Below, piece after piece: positions 1-9,236 of a stretch of DNA of 64,000 nt. Position 1 is the stretch's first letter. Every line of letters starts with the position of its first letter. The stretch is taken from NCBI GenBank assembly GCA_021785655.1, contig JAJYET010000007.1:8267-72266 (forward strand). The letters are read 5' to 3'. The notes below the pieces were generated by a model. That model was not told the origin of the DNA. It saw nothing but the letters and a program-made list of their open reading frames with translations, and ran no database searches. The stretch comes from a bacterium. GTDB lineage: Bacteria; Chloroflexota; Dormibacteria; Aeolococcales; Bog-877. The translations under genes were made by a program, and so were the position numbers.

Positions 1-277
1 ACCACCAGAACCGAAGGCGCATCTGGGATCGGCTGGCGTTGCGCACAATGGTGAGGAACCAGGGCCGGAGGTCCGCGGTCTCGCCACGGAAGCGAGGGAT
101 GGCACGCAACGCGCTCAGGCAGGAGTCCTGGACCGCGTCCTGAGCCGCCTCCGGACGCCGGAGGATCGAGAGCGCCAGGCGGTAGGCGGGATCCAGGAGT
201 GGTTCCAGAAGCCGGGCCACGGCCTCGCGGTCGCCGGCCCGGGCGGCCTCCAGGTCGTCCACAACCGCTCCCTCCAT
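1..277 (-). CDS. ECF-type RNA polymerase sigma factor, N-terminal 92 codons (gene continues past the left edge)
   Basis: Absent from the ORF track because no stop lies in the window. Reverse-strand translation from ATG (275-277) gives MEGAVVDDLEAARAGDREAVARLLEPLLDPAYRLALSILRRPEAAQDAVQDSCLSALRAIPRFRGETADLRPWFLTIVRNASRSQ. This is the sigma-70 region 2 pattern of ECF sigma factors. Confidence 0.6.
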   Translation of the reverse strand, partial: MEGAVVDDLEAARAGDREAVARLLEPLLDPAYRLALSILRRPEAAQDAVQDSCLSALRAIPRFRGETADLRPWFLTIVRNASRSQMRLRFWW

Positions 278-381
278 CACCCAGTCCACACCAAAGAGGA
301 CGCCACTGGCGAAGCGTCAGTTGCAGGCGGCCATCTCACAGCTCGGCAGCCGAGAGCACGATCCGCCCGGACGGCGCCAGC

Positions 382-1659
382 TCAATCTCGACCGCGGATC
401 CCCATCCCCTTTGAAGGCACCACGGCCACCCCTTCCCGTGGCGTTTCCCCGGAAGGTGGGATGGTCACTCGCTTCATCTGCCGCCACGCCGTGACCGCCG
501 CCGCCGCCAGGATCAGCGGGGTCAGTTTGATCGGAAGGTCGAGGTGCGGGCTCAGGTCCAGGAGAGCGGCGAGGTTCAGAGCCAACATCCACAGCGCCAG
601 CCCGGTGAGGGGGCGGCCCTGGGCGCGCAGCGCCAGGCCAGACCAGACGGCAGCGGGCGCGAGCAGCAGCAATCCCTGGGTGAGGTCGTGGGGAGCGATC
701 ACCAGCGACAGGCAGAGCGACGAGGTGAGGGCCCACCACCAATCCGACTCCGATCGGGGCGGCCTGCGCGCCCAGGCGAAGGCCTGCAGGGCTAGGCCCA
801 GGGGAATCATCAGGAGGCCGAGCGTGGACGCCAAGGAGCCCGGCCCCACCAGCCTCCAGAAGAATCCCAAGGCGGTGGCGTCGTTGGTGGGTGGGAAGCG
901 CTGGGCGAGGGTGTAAGTCTCCAGGTGGATCGCCTGGCGGAGGCCGGCTACCCCGAGGTCGAGGAACGTGCCGAGACCCAGCGCCAGCAGCGCCAGGGCG
1001 AACACCCGGACACGGCGGTTGCGCCACCGGGAAAGAGCCGGAACCGCAAGGCCCAAGAACAGGTCCGGCTTGAGGGCCAGGAAGAGGGCGGAGGTCGCCG
1101 CCCTCGGGGCCCAGCGCCGTGCCCCCGCCAGGGTCGCCGCCGACATCGCCAGGGCCGCGCCGAGCGGCCAGAGCAGGTCGAACTGGCCCTGCCCCAGTGC
1201 GATGTACGTCGGGTAGCTGGCGAGGGCGCCCAGTGCCAGGAGCCAGATCCCCGGGACTTGGGGGCGCTGGCGGACGATCCAGCACAAGCCGCCCGCGCAC
1301 CCTGCAAGCGCCACCGCATCCCAGCACCAGAAGGCATCTCGGAGCGGAAGATAGCTGAAGGGCAGGATGACCCAGGCCGCGATGGGTGGGTTCACGAAGG
1401 GGATCGCGAGGCTGCCTCCCCGGCCTCTAACCGTCGCCTCGAGCGCGTACTGGGTGGTCAGCGAGTAGAGGTCACGGGTCAGGGGGAAGCCGAAATGCGC
1501 CAGCCCTCGAGCGGCGAAGTAGAAGGCGCTGAAGTCGTTCGGCCACTGCTGCTGCCAACCTGTGGCCACCGCGGCGATCCAGGCCAGGAGCAACAGGCCC
1601 AGAAGCAATGCGGTCTGCTGAGACCGCCGAGCGGTCCACGCTCCGGTCCTCTGGCTCAC
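382..1659 (-). CDS. Polytopic membrane protein, GT87/DUF2029-like putative polyprenol-phosphate-sugar-dependent glycosyltransferase
   Basis: 425-aa ORF with a GTG start at 1659 and a hydrophobic multi-pass sequence. The loop motif WPNDFSAFYFAARGLAHFG resembles the D-x-x-[FY]-Y...G segment of PimE-type GT87 enzymes. Paralogous by eye to six other ORFs in the window. Confidence 0.55.
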   Translation of the reverse strand: MSQRTGAWTARRSQQTALLLGLLLLAWIAAVATGWQQQWPNDFSAFYFAARGLAHFGFPLTRDLYSLTTQYALEATVRGRGGSLAIPFVNPPIAAWVILPFSYLPLRDAFWCWDAVALAGCAGGLCWIVRQRPQVPGIWLLALGALASYPTYIALGQGQFDLLWPLGAALAMSAATLAGARRWAPRAATSALFLALKPDLFLGLAVPALSRWRNRRVRVFALALLALGLGTFLDLGVAGLRQAIHLETYTLAQRFPPTNDATALGFFWRLVGPGSLASTLGLLMIPLGLALQAFAWARRPPRSESDWWWALTSSLCLSLVIAPHDLTQGLLLLAPAAVWSGLALRAQGRPLTGLALWMLALNLAALLDLSPHLDLPIKLTPLILAAAAVTAWRQMKRVTIPPSGETPREGVAVVPSKGMGIRGRD

Positions 1660-1726
1660 GCTTTGCAGGGGTCCAATAGGGGGGGCCCAAGGGGTGGACG
1701 GTGGAGGCGCGCGGCCCTCAGCATCG

Positions 1727-1737
1727 CCCCCCCCCCC
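1727..1737. repeat. Homopolymeric C11 tract (G11 in the direction of the flanking genes)
   Basis: Read directly: gcatcg + 11 x c + ggatcc. Intergenic, between the 3-prime end of tRNA-Val (1780) and the start of the GT87-like gene (1659). Confidence 0.9.
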
Positions 1738-1779
1738 GGATCCGGCTGAGTCGCATCTTTCGGAGCCATGCCGACCGGG

Positions 1780-1851
1780 TGGGCGAAGCAGGTATCGAAC
1801 CTGCGACCTCCTCGTTGTAAGCGAGGCGCTCTACCACTGAGCTATTCGCCC
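1780..1851 (-). tRNA. tRNA-Val (anticodon UAC)
   Basis: The reverse complement folds as a 72-nt cloverleaf. Acceptor GGGCGAA/UUCGCCC; D arm GCUC-AGUGGUA-GAGC; anticodon arm CCUCG-CUUACAA-CGAGG; variable loop AGGUC; T arm GCAGG-UUCGAUA-CCUGC; discriminator A. CCA is not encoded (followed by CCC). Confidence 0.9.
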
Positions 1852-1863
1852 GGGAGGCCCAGG

Positions 1864-2151
1864 CTATCGCACCGGCCCACTCGGCGGGCGACCGGAGTCC
1901 ACGCGGTCCAGTTCGACGGGGTGCAGAAGGTACACGTCCTGTACCACCAGGACCTTCTCCAGCAGCGAAGTCGGGGAGTCCCGCGGCCCCACCGGAACGC
2001 CCATCGCCTGGAGCCGGATCCGAAGTCTGGGCGGAACCGTAGCCTCTCCCCTAAGGTTGAGCTCCTCCAGGAGCTCCAGGGCCGAGTCCAGCTCGGCGAG
2101 TCGATTCCGTCTTCCGTCCCGGGCGGACCTGGACTCCTCCTCCCAGCTCAC
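1864..2151 (-). CDS. Hypothetical small protein (95 aa)
   Basis: ORF with a GTG start lying between lipB and tRNA-Val on the same strand. High GC3 is consistent with coding. No family recognised. Confidence 0.3.
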   Translation of the reverse strand: MSWEEESRSARDGRRNRLAELDSALELLEELNLRGEATVPPRLRIRLQAMGVPVGPRDSPTSLLEKVLVVQDVYLLHPVELDRVDSGRPPSGPVR

Positions 2152-2262
2152 GGCCGCCGCTCCCCGCCCGCTGGGGACCGGCGCCGCAATCCCCGGTCGC
2201 TGCGCACGCTGGAGCCGGAGCGAGTGACGATGCCGACCACGTCTCTCTGCCCGGTTCCAGTC

Positions 2263-2988
2263 TCAGGCCGGAGCCGTGAGCTCGGTTGGAGCCGGCACTT
2301 GCAGCCCTGAGGGCTCGGTCCACTCCGAGCGAAGGCCGAGGGCGTTGGCCACGAAGGGAGCCACCAGCTCCGCGAGCGCCTGGGGACGGCAATCGCCGGT
2401 GGACCCCTCCCCCTGCAGCGAGCTGGCAGTCCGGCCATCGATGCCGCAGGGCACGATCCGGCCGAAGGCGGCGAGGTCGGTGGTGCCATTCAGAGCGAAC
2501 CCGTGGTAGGTCACCTTGCGCGCACTGAGCCGGACCCCGATCGCCGCCAGCTTGCCCGAGCGCGACCAGACCCCGGTGTAGGGCGGGTCGCGGAAAGCCT
2601 CCACCCCCAGGAGTTGGCAGCTGTCGATCAGCGCCCCCTCGAGGCGGCGCAGGTATTCCACCACGTCGAGCCCCAGCTCCTCCAGGTTGACGATCGGATA
2701 CCCCACCAGCTGGCCAGGCCCGTGATAGGTAACCGAGCCTCCCCGGTCGACCTCGAAATACTCGGCTCCGGCCTGACGCAGCCCCTCCTCCCCCACGAGG
2801 AGGTGGTCTGGACTGCCCCCTCGACCCATGGTGTACACGGGAGGATGCTCGAGGAGGAGCAGGACGTCATGGGCGAGCTCGCCGCTGGCGCGGCTGGCCG
2901 CCAGCCGCCGCTGCCACTCCCAGGTGGGACCGTACGGGAGGGTGCCGCACCACGCCACCTGCAGCGGGGGCCGCCAGATCCCGGCCAT
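2263..2988 (-). CDS. lipB: Octanoyltransferase (lipoyl(octanoyl) transferase) LipB
   Basis: This is the C-terminal 241 codons of track ORF 2263..3723, starting at ATG 2988, 5 nt after the lipA stop. Motifs EHPPVYTMG, VTYHGPGQLVGYPI, SGKLAAIGV, HGFALN and PCG match LipB. The upstream part of the track ORF overlaps lipA in another frame. Confidence 0.9.
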   Translation of the reverse strand: MAGIWRPPLQVAWCGTLPYGPTWEWQRRLAASRASGELAHDVLLLLEHPPVYTMGRGGSPDHLLVGEEGLRQAGAEYFEVDRGGSVTYHGPGQLVGYPIVNLEELGLDVVEYLRRLEGALIDSCQLLGVEAFRDPPYTGVWSRSGKLAAIGVRLSARKVTYHGFALNGTTDLAAFGRIVPCGIDGRTASSLQGEGSTGDCRPQALAELVAPFVANALGLRSEWTEPSGLQVPAPTELTAPA

Positions 2989-2993
2989 CCCGG

Positions 2994-3983
2994 TTAGCCC
3001 GCGGCCTTCGCCTGGGCCTGCTCGTGGGCGTGGTACGAGCTCCGCACCAGGGGTCCCGACTCCACGTGGTCGAATCCCAGGCCCATCCCGTACTCCCGAA
3101 GCTCCAGGAACTCCTCGGGCCGCCAGAAGCGGTCGCAGCGGATGTGCTTCAGAGACGGTCGGAGGTACTGGCCGATGGTGACCAGCCGCACCCGGTGGTC
3201 GCACAGGTCGCGCAGGACCTCCTTGACCTCCTCCATGGACTCCCCCAGCCCCACCATGAGGCCCGACTTCACCCGTCCTTCCGGTGCCAGCTCCGCCGCC
3301 GCCGCCAGGACTCCAAGGGACCGCCGGTATGCCGATTTCGGACGGACCCTGGGGAACAGCCGGGGGACCGTCTCGATGTTGTGGTTGAAGACCTCCGGCC
3401 CCGCCTCGAGCACGGTCGCAATGCTCTCCCTGCTGCCCTGGAAGTCCGGGGTCAGCACCTCGACGGCGCAACCGGGGCTGAGCTCCTTCACCTCCCGGAT
3501 GGTGGCGGCGAAGATGGCCGCCCCTCCATCGGGGAGGTCGTCGCGGTCCACCGAGGTGATCACCGCATGGGTGATGCCCATCTCCCGGACCGCCTCGGCC
3601 ACCCGGCGGGGCTCGTCCTGGTCCAGCCCCTCGGGCCGGCCGGAGCGGACGGCACAGAAGGCGCAGGCGCGGGTGCAGATGTCCCCCAGGATGATGAAGG
3701 TGGCGGTGCCGTGACTCCAGCACTCCCCGAGGTTGGGGCAGCGCGCCTCCTCGCAGACCGTGTGCAGCCGCTGGCCTCGCATGAGGCGGTCCAGCTCGGT
3801 GTAGCGGCCGCCCACCGGCATCCTCACCGTGAGCCAGGGGGGCCTCCGGTCCACCCCTTCAGGCAGCAGCTGCTGCCACATCGGGCGGCCGTCGCCCACC
3901 GGACCGCGGCCCGGTATGACGTTGGGCCTGCGGTCGGGAATCAGCGGCAGCGGGAGCCGAGGTGGGGCGGGGCTGTCAGCCAC
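2994..3983 (-). CDS. lipA: Lipoyl synthase LipA (radical SAM)
   Basis: Motifs CEEARCPNLGEC and CTRACAFC (two Fe-S cluster Cys triads), followed by a conserved LipA core. The start is uncertain: GTG 3983 abuts a GGAGG, and the alternative ATG 3881 would give MWQQLLPEG. Confidence 0.9.
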   Translation of the reverse strand: MADSPAPPRLPLPLIPDRRPNVIPGRGPVGDGRPMWQQLLPEGVDRRPPWLTVRMPVGGRYTELDRLMRGQRLHTVCEEARCPNLGECWSHGTATFIILGDICTRACAFCAVRSGRPEGLDQDEPRRVAEAVREMGITHAVITSVDRDDLPDGGAAIFAATIREVKELSPGCAVEVLTPDFQGSRESIATVLEAGPEVFNHNIETVPRLFPRVRPKSAYRRSLGVLAAAAELAPEGRVKSGLMVGLGESMEEVKEVLRDLCDHRVRLVTIGQYLRPSLKHIRCDRFWRPEEFLELREYGMGLGFDHVESGPLVRSSYHAHEQAQAKAAG

Positions 3984-4018
3984 CTCCCCATCCTAGCCGC
4001 TGGAGGCGGAGCTTCCCG

Positions 4019-5308
4019 CTAATACAGGGGGGTCTCCGGCCCCACCGACTCCAGCCAGCTCTTGACCGCGCCCAGCAGGCGGGCTGCCGCCGAGCCGTCG
4101 TTGATCCGGTGGTCAAAGCTGAGGGTGAGGTTCATCATCGGGCGGATGGCGATGGCGTCCCCGACCACCACCGGCCGGGGCACGACGGCGTCCATCACCA
4201 GGATCCCCGCCTGGGGCTGGTTGATGATGGCCTGGGAGAGCACCGTCCCCAGCGCCCCGGCGTTGTTCAGGGTGAAGGTGCCGCCCTCCACGTCCTCGAG
4301 TCGGGCGGTCCCGGCCCTGGCCCGGGTGATCAGCTCCGAGGCGGCCCGGGCGAGCCCGGCGATGCTGTAGCGGTCGGCATTCTTCACCACGGGGACGATG
4401 AGCCCATCCGGCACGCTCACCGCCAGGCCCAGGTTCACCTCCCGGTGCACCACGATCGCCTCCTCCTCGAAGCTGGCATTCATGGTGGGCACCGCCCGGA
4501 GGGCGAGGCAGGTCGCCTGCATGGCGAAGGGCAGGTAGCTCAGCTCCACCCCGGTGGTGGCCCGGAACTGCTCGCGATGAGCGTCGCGGGCACCCCGCAC
4601 CCCACTCATGTCCACTTCCACCATGGTCCAGGCGTGGGGTGAGGTGTGCCGGCTGCGCACCATGTGCTCGGCGATCGACCGGCGCATGGGGCTGAGGGTG
4701 ATCCGCTCCCCCGGAGCTGCCGCCGCGGGGGACGGCGGCCGCGAGGGCGGAGCCGCGGTGGGTGCGGCCGCCGCCGGCGTCCCCTCCAGGTAGAGGAGGA
4801 CGTCACGCTTGGTGATCCGCCCCTCGAAACCAGTCCCCCTCACCCTGGAGAGGTCGACCCCGTTCTCGTCCGCCAGCTGGCGCACCGCCGGGCTGATGAA
4901 CCCGATCCCGGCCGGCCCCGGTGCGGGCCCCGGCTGCGACCGAGTTTCAGCTGCCGCCACCTGGGGCGACGCCTCGGGCGACCGCTCCTCTTGCGAGTCC
5001 GCCGCCGGCACGGAGGGTGACACCACGGGGATGGGCCCCGCGTCGTCGACGGACGGCGCCTGCTCCTCCTCCGGGGAATCCAGGGTGCAGATCGGCTGGC
5101 CCACAGAGAGTCGCTCCCCCTCTGGGGCCAGGATCTCAACCACCGTACCTGCCGCCGGGGAGGGCACCTCAGCGGTCACCTTGTCGGTCACCACCTCCAC
5201 CAGGGAGTCGAACTTCTCCACCTGCTGCCCCGGGTGCACCAGCCAGGAACCGATGGTTCCCTCGGTGACCGACTCCCCCAGCTGCGGCATCGTGACGGTG
5301 ATCGCCAT
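4019..5308 (-). CDS. Dihydrolipoamide acyltransferase, E2 component of a 2-oxoacid dehydrogenase complex
   Basis: N-terminal lipoyl domain with a TDKV lipoyl-lysine, Ala/Pro-rich linkers, a peripheral-subunit-binding motif ISPAVRQLADENGVDL, and a catalytic SFDHRINDG motif. Confidence 0.9.
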   Translation of the reverse strand: MAITVTMPQLGESVTEGTIGSWLVHPGQQVEKFDSLVEVVTDKVTAEVPSPAAGTVVEILAPEGERLSVGQPICTLDSPEEEQAPSVDDAGPIPVVSPSVPAADSQEERSPEASPQVAAAETRSQPGPAPGPAGIGFISPAVRQLADENGVDLSRVRGTGFEGRITKRDVLLYLEGTPAAAAPTAAPPSRPPSPAAAAPGERITLSPMRRSIAEHMVRSRHTSPHAWTMVEVDMSGVRGARDAHREQFRATTGVELSYLPFAMQATCLALRAVPTMNASFEEEAIVVHREVNLGLAVSVPDGLIVPVVKNADRYSIAGLARAASELITRARAGTARLEDVEGGTFTLNNAGALGTVLSQAIINQPQAGILVMDAVVPRPVVVGDAIAIRPMMNLTLSFDHRINDGSAAARLLGAVKSWLESVGPETPLY

Positions 5309-5329
5309 GGGCTGATTTCCTTCTTGGGC

Positions 5330-6319
5330 TCAGTAGGCGGCCAGCTGGCGCAGCCTGGCCTCGATCTTGTCCGGGCCAAGGCAGTAGACCTCGGCCAGCG
5401 GCTCGGCGAAGGGGATGGCCGGGATCTCGGGGCCCCCGAGGCGCATCACCGGTGCGTCCAGCTGCTGGAAGCACTCCTCGGCGATGATCGCGGCCACCTC
5501 AGCCCCCACCCCCACGGCGAGGTTGGCCTCGTGACAGACCAAGACCTTTCCGGTCTTGCGGGCGGTGGCGATGATCGCCTCCCGGTCCAGGGGTCGGACG
5601 GTACGCAGGTCCAGCACCTCCACCTCGATCCCGTCCCGGTCCATCCGCTCGGCGGCGGTTAGCGCCTCGTGCACAGTGGCGCCGTAGGTGATGCAGCTGA
5701 GGTCGGTGCCCTCCCGCGCCACCCGGCTCTTCCCGATGGGCACCAGGTGCTCCCCTTCCGGTACCTCCTCGCGCAGCGAGCGGTAGAGGGCCTTGTGCTC
5801 GAAGAAGCAGACCGGGTCGGGGTCCCGGATGGCCGAGAGCAGAAGGCCCTTGGCGTCCGCGGGCGTCGAGGGGATGACCACCTTGAGACCGGGGACGTGG
5901 GCGAACAAGGCCTCCAGGCTCTGCGAGTGGTAAAGGGCCCCATGGACGTGAACCCCTCCCCCGCAGGGAGCGCGGATCACCATGGGGCAGCTCCAGTCGC
6001 CGTTGGAACGGTAGCGGATCTTGGCGGCCTCGTTGATGATCTGGTCCATGGCGGGCGGGATGAAGTCCAGGAACTGGATCTCGGCCACCGGGCGGAGCCC
6101 GGCGAGCGCACACCCGATCGAGACCCCCACGATGGCGGCCTCGGCCAGGGGGGTGTCGATCACCCGCTCCTCCCCGAACTCCTGGAACAGCCCTGCGGTG
6201 GCGCCGAACACCCCTCCCTTGGCCCCCACGTCCTCCCCCATGACCAGTACCCGGTCGTCCCGGCGCATCTCGTCCTCGAGGGCGCCCCGGATCGCCTCCA
6301 CGTAGGTGATCTGAGCCAC
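5330..6319 (-). CDS. 2-oxoacid dehydrogenase E1 component, beta subunit
   Basis: Typical E1-beta sequence: ITYVEAIRGAL, MGEDVGAKGGVFGAT, RVIDTPLAEA. The track ORF starts at GTG 6325, which overlaps the E1-alpha stop as GTGA. GTG 6319 sits 7 nt after GGAGG and gives MAQITY, so 6319 is preferred. Confidence 0.88.
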   Translation of the reverse strand: MAQITYVEAIRGALEDEMRRDDRVLVMGEDVGAKGGVFGATAGLFQEFGEERVIDTPLAEAAIVGVSIGCALAGLRPVAEIQFLDFIPPAMDQIINEAAKIRYRSNGDWSCPMVIRAPCGGGVHVHGALYHSQSLEALFAHVPGLKVVIPSTPADAKGLLLSAIRDPDPVCFFEHKALYRSLREEVPEGEHLVPIGKSRVAREGTDLSCITYGATVHEALTAAERMDRDGIEVEVLDLRTVRPLDREAIIATARKTGKVLVCHEANLAVGVGAEVAAIIAEECFQQLDAPVMRLGGPEIPAIPFAEPLAEVYCLGPDKIEARLRQLAAY

Positions 6320-6321
6320 CG

Positions 6322-7326
6322 TCACCCCTCCTGGTACACGTGCCGGAGAGCGGTGGCGGGATCCGGAGGGGCTGCGGCGTCCGCCTCCGCCTGGGCCGCC
6401 TCGATCACCCGCTGGCAGTCCTGGCGAACGATGTCGGCGTCTCCCTCGGAGAGGACGCCGAACCCCTCCAGCTGGCGGCGGAACCGTTCCAGTGGGTCAT
6501 GTTCGCGCATCTGGGCCAGGTCGTCCGGGGAGCGGTACCGGCGCTGGTCGTCGTCGCTGCTGTGGGACTGAAGGCGCATGCACACGGCCTCCAGGAGGGT
6601 CGGCCCCTCCCCCCGTCGGGCCCGGTCCACCGCTTCCCGCGCGGCGGCGTGCACCGCGAGGCAGTCGCCGCCGTCCACCGTGGCCGACGGCATGCCGTAC
6701 CCGGGGCCCCGGTCGGCGACGTGAGCCACCGCCATCTGACGCGACTGGGGGACGCTGATGGCGTATGAGTTGTTCTCCACCAGGAAGATGACCGGCAGTC
6801 GGTGGACGGCGGCCCAGTTGAGCCCCTCGTGCCAGTCCCCCTCGCTGGTCCCCCCCTCCCCCACCGAGGTGACGACGACCTTGTCCTCGCCCCGGTACTT
6901 GAAGGCGGTGGCGACCCCCACGGCGTGCAGTATCTGGGTGGCTACCGGGCTACCGGTGGTGACGATGTTGTGGGCCCGGCTGCCGTAGTGCCCGGGCATC
7001 TGCCGGGCGCCGCTGTTGGGGTCCGGGGCGCGGCCCAGAGAGGCCATGAGGTGGTCCCTCGGCTCCATCCCCATCACCATGACGAGGGTGAGGTCGCGGT
7101 AGTAGGGGACCAGCCAGTCGTGGCCGCGGCGGAGGGCGTACCCCACCCCGACCTGGGCGGCCTCGTGCCCCTGGCCGGAGATGGCGAAGGGGGCCCGGCC
7201 CTGGCGGTTGAGCACCAGGATCCGCTCGTCCAGCAGCCGCCCCAGCACCATGTCGCGGTACATGGAGCGGAGCTGGTCCTGGGTCAGGTCAGCTGCGCTC
7301 GCGGGCGCCGACTCGGATACCGCCAT
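6322..7326 (-). CDS. 2-oxoacid dehydrogenase E1 component, alpha subunit (TPP-dependent)
   Basis: The TPP-binding segment GEGGTSEGDWHEGLNWAAVHRLPVIFLVENNSYAIS is present. ATG 7326 is preceded by AGGAGG 9 nt upstream, so the track start at 7395 is probably too long. Confidence 0.88.
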   Translation of the reverse strand: MAVSESAPASAADLTQDQLRSMYRDMVLGRLLDERILVLNRQGRAPFAISGQGHEAAQVGVGYALRRGHDWLVPYYRDLTLVMVMGMEPRDHLMASLGRAPDPNSGARQMPGHYGSRAHNIVTTGSPVATQILHAVGVATAFKYRGEDKVVVTSVGEGGTSEGDWHEGLNWAAVHRLPVIFLVENNSYAISVPQSRQMAVAHVADRGPGYGMPSATVDGGDCLAVHAAAREAVDRARRGEGPTLLEAVCMRLQSHSSDDDQRRYRSPDDLAQMREHDPLERFRRQLEGFGVLSEGDADIVRQDCQRVIEAAQAEADAAAPPDPATALRHVYQEG

Positions 7327-7411
7327 GGCCTTAGCGCCTCCTGTGGAGCCTTGTCCCCGGCGCCATCCTAGCGCGCCGCCGATCCTCCCCGGCACCCCCC
7401 CGCCCCCGGCC

Positions 7412-8308
7412 TCAGGTCGCCAGCGAGCGCCGGATGCCGACCAGGCTCCCGAAGGAGCCCAGGACCGCCCCGCCCAGAATGAGCCCCAGAGAGATCAGGA
7501 CCGCCAGCCTCATCCCCACGCCGAGTGCCAGCGATCCCCCGGAGCCGAAGGTCACTCCCACCCCGAGGAGGACCCCCGAGGCGAGCAGGGCGGAGATCAC
7601 CCCCAGGATCATGCCCTCCAGGATGAACGGCCAGCGCACGAACCAGTCGGTGGCTCCCACGAGCTTCATGATCTCGATCTCCTGACGGCGGACGAAGGCC
7701 GCGGTGCGGACCGAGATGGTGATGATCACCAGCGCCACCGCGCCCACCACCGCCACCAGGATCGCGCCTCCCAGCTGGGCGGCGAGAATGTAGTGCTCCA
7801 CCCGGGGGATTACATCCTTGTTGTAGTCGGTCTGGTGGGGACCGGGGAAGAGCAGGTCCGAGGTCGAGACCTGGTTGTTGATGGCGGTGACCGCGGCGAT
7901 GTTCTTCAGGTGGAGGTTGATGCTGGCCGGCAGCGGGTTGCCGCCGCCACTGGACTCCAGGATGTGCAGCGCCCCGCCAAGGCCGAGGGTGGAGGATGCC
8001 TGGGCGGCGGCCTGGTCCTTGTTCTCGAAGCTCGCCGTCTGGACGCTGGGCTCGCTGGCCAGCGTGTGCTCCAGGTTGAGGGCCGAGGCGAAGGAGATGT
8101 GGTCAGCCATGAAGACTTTGAGGACGCTGGCCTGAGACTCCTCCTGCTGGAGGACCTTGTCCAGGGCGAACACCACCCCCACCGCGGCCCCGGCGCCGAG
8201 GAGGGTCAGGGTCACGGTGAGCAGGGAGGCGAAGGCGATCCCCCGGTTGCGGACGATGTTCTGGAGTGCGACTCGCACCACGAAGCGCAGCGCGGGGACC
8301 GGGTTCAA
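7412..8308 (-). CDS. ftsX: Cell-division ABC transporter permease FtsX
   Basis: 298 aa with an N-terminal TM, an extracytoplasmic domain, and three C-terminal TM helices of the FtsX type. The TTG start overlaps the ftsE stop (TTGA), with GGGGAGG 7 nt upstream. Confidence 0.85.
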   Translation of the reverse strand: MNPVPALRFVVRVALQNIVRNRGIAFASLLTVTLTLLGAGAAVGVVFALDKVLQQEESQASVLKVFMADHISFASALNLEHTLASEPSVQTASFENKDQAAAQASSTLGLGGALHILESSGGGNPLPASINLHLKNIAAVTAINNQVSTSDLLFPGPHQTDYNKDVIPRVEHYILAAQLGGAILVAVVGAVALVIITISVRTAAFVRRQEIEIMKLVGATDWFVRWPFILEGMILGVISALLASGVLLGVGVTFGSGGSLALGVGMRLAVLISLGLILGGAVLGSFGSLVGIRRSLAT

Positions 8309-9081
8309 AGGTTGGCCTCCCCTTCCTTCAGGTACTGCCCCTCCTGCTCGTCGCGGATGAGGCAGCCCCCCTCCATGGCCAGAACCCGGCGCCGGCAGAG
8401 GTCCACCACCTCCCGGTTGTGAGTGGCCATGACCACCGTGGCTCCCCGATGGTTGATCTGCAGGAGAAGTTGGACGATGCCCCAGCCGGCATCCGGGTCC
8501 AGGTTGCCGGTGGGCTCGTCCGCCAGGAAGATCCTCGGACGGTGGACCAGCGCCCGGGCGATCGCCACCCGCTGCTGCTCCCCACCCGAAAGCTCGGTGG
8601 GGAAGGTGTTGAGCTTGTCCTCCAGCCCCACGATGTACAGCGCCTCCCCGACCTTCTCCTTCAGGTGGCTGCGGCCGGGGTCCGTGACCTGGATGGCGAA
8701 GGCCACGTTCTGGGCCACGGTGAGGTTGGGCAGGAGCTTGAAGTCCTGGAAGACGATCCCCATCTTTCGCCGCAGCCGGGGCAGGTGGCGGCGGCGGAGC
8801 CGGGCCAGGTCCTGGCCCTCCACCAGCACGTGGCCCTTGGTGGCGGTCTCCTCACGGATCAGAAGACGGATGATGGTCGACTTCCCGGCCCCGCTGGCCC
8901 CCACCACGAACACGAAGTCCCGAGGCGGGATGGTGAACGAGATGTCCCGGATGGCGGCAGCCCCGTTGGGATAGGTCTTGCTGACGTTCTGGAAGACGAT
9001 GATGGGCGGCTCGTGGCGGGCCGGCCGGGTGGTCTCCGCGACCTGGGGCCTCGGCGGTGCGGGGCTGGCGGAAATCGACAT
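8305..9081 (-). CDS. ftsE: Cell-division ATP-binding protein FtsE
   Basis: Walker [10 protein letters not shown], signature LSGGEQQRV, Walker [16 protein letters not shown] 9081 was verified in the sequence. The track ORF extends upstream to 9549 into the prfB 3-prime end in another frame. Confidence 0.9.
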   Translation of the reverse strand: MSISASPAPPRPQVAETTRPARHEPPIIVFQNVSKTYPNGAAAIRDISFTIPPRDFVFVVGASGAGKSTIIRLLIREETATKGHVLVEGQDLARLRRRHLPRLRRKMGIVFQDFKLLPNLTVAQNVAFAIQVTDPGRSHLKEKVGEALYIVGLEDKLNTFPTELSGGEQQRVAIARALVHRPRIFLADEPTGNLDPDAGWGIVQLLLQINHRGATVVMATHNREVVDLCRRRVLAMEGGCLIRDEQEGQYLKEGEANL

Positions 9082-9236
9082 CTTGGGGTGCTGTGGTCCT
9101 CGTGCCAGCTCGGCTGGCGCTCGACGGGCGGACCCCCAAACGAGGGAGATTGATGTAGCCCTGAGCCGTTCTTGCTGTCGGCGAGTATAGCCCGCTGGGG
9201 TGAGGGTTGCCCCGGGGACTCGCCCGCCCAGTTGGA

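Noticed and set aside
2263-3723. Over-extended 5-prime ends of track ORFs: 2263..3723, 8305..9549, 22723..24372, 35964..37277, 41355..43109, 42704..45304, 46840..47505 and 55427..57139.
   Set aside because: The upstream parts run through the preceding gene in another frame. Internal ATG/GTG/TTG starts placed right after, or overlapping, the upstream stop (often with an SD) give products matching known family lengths.
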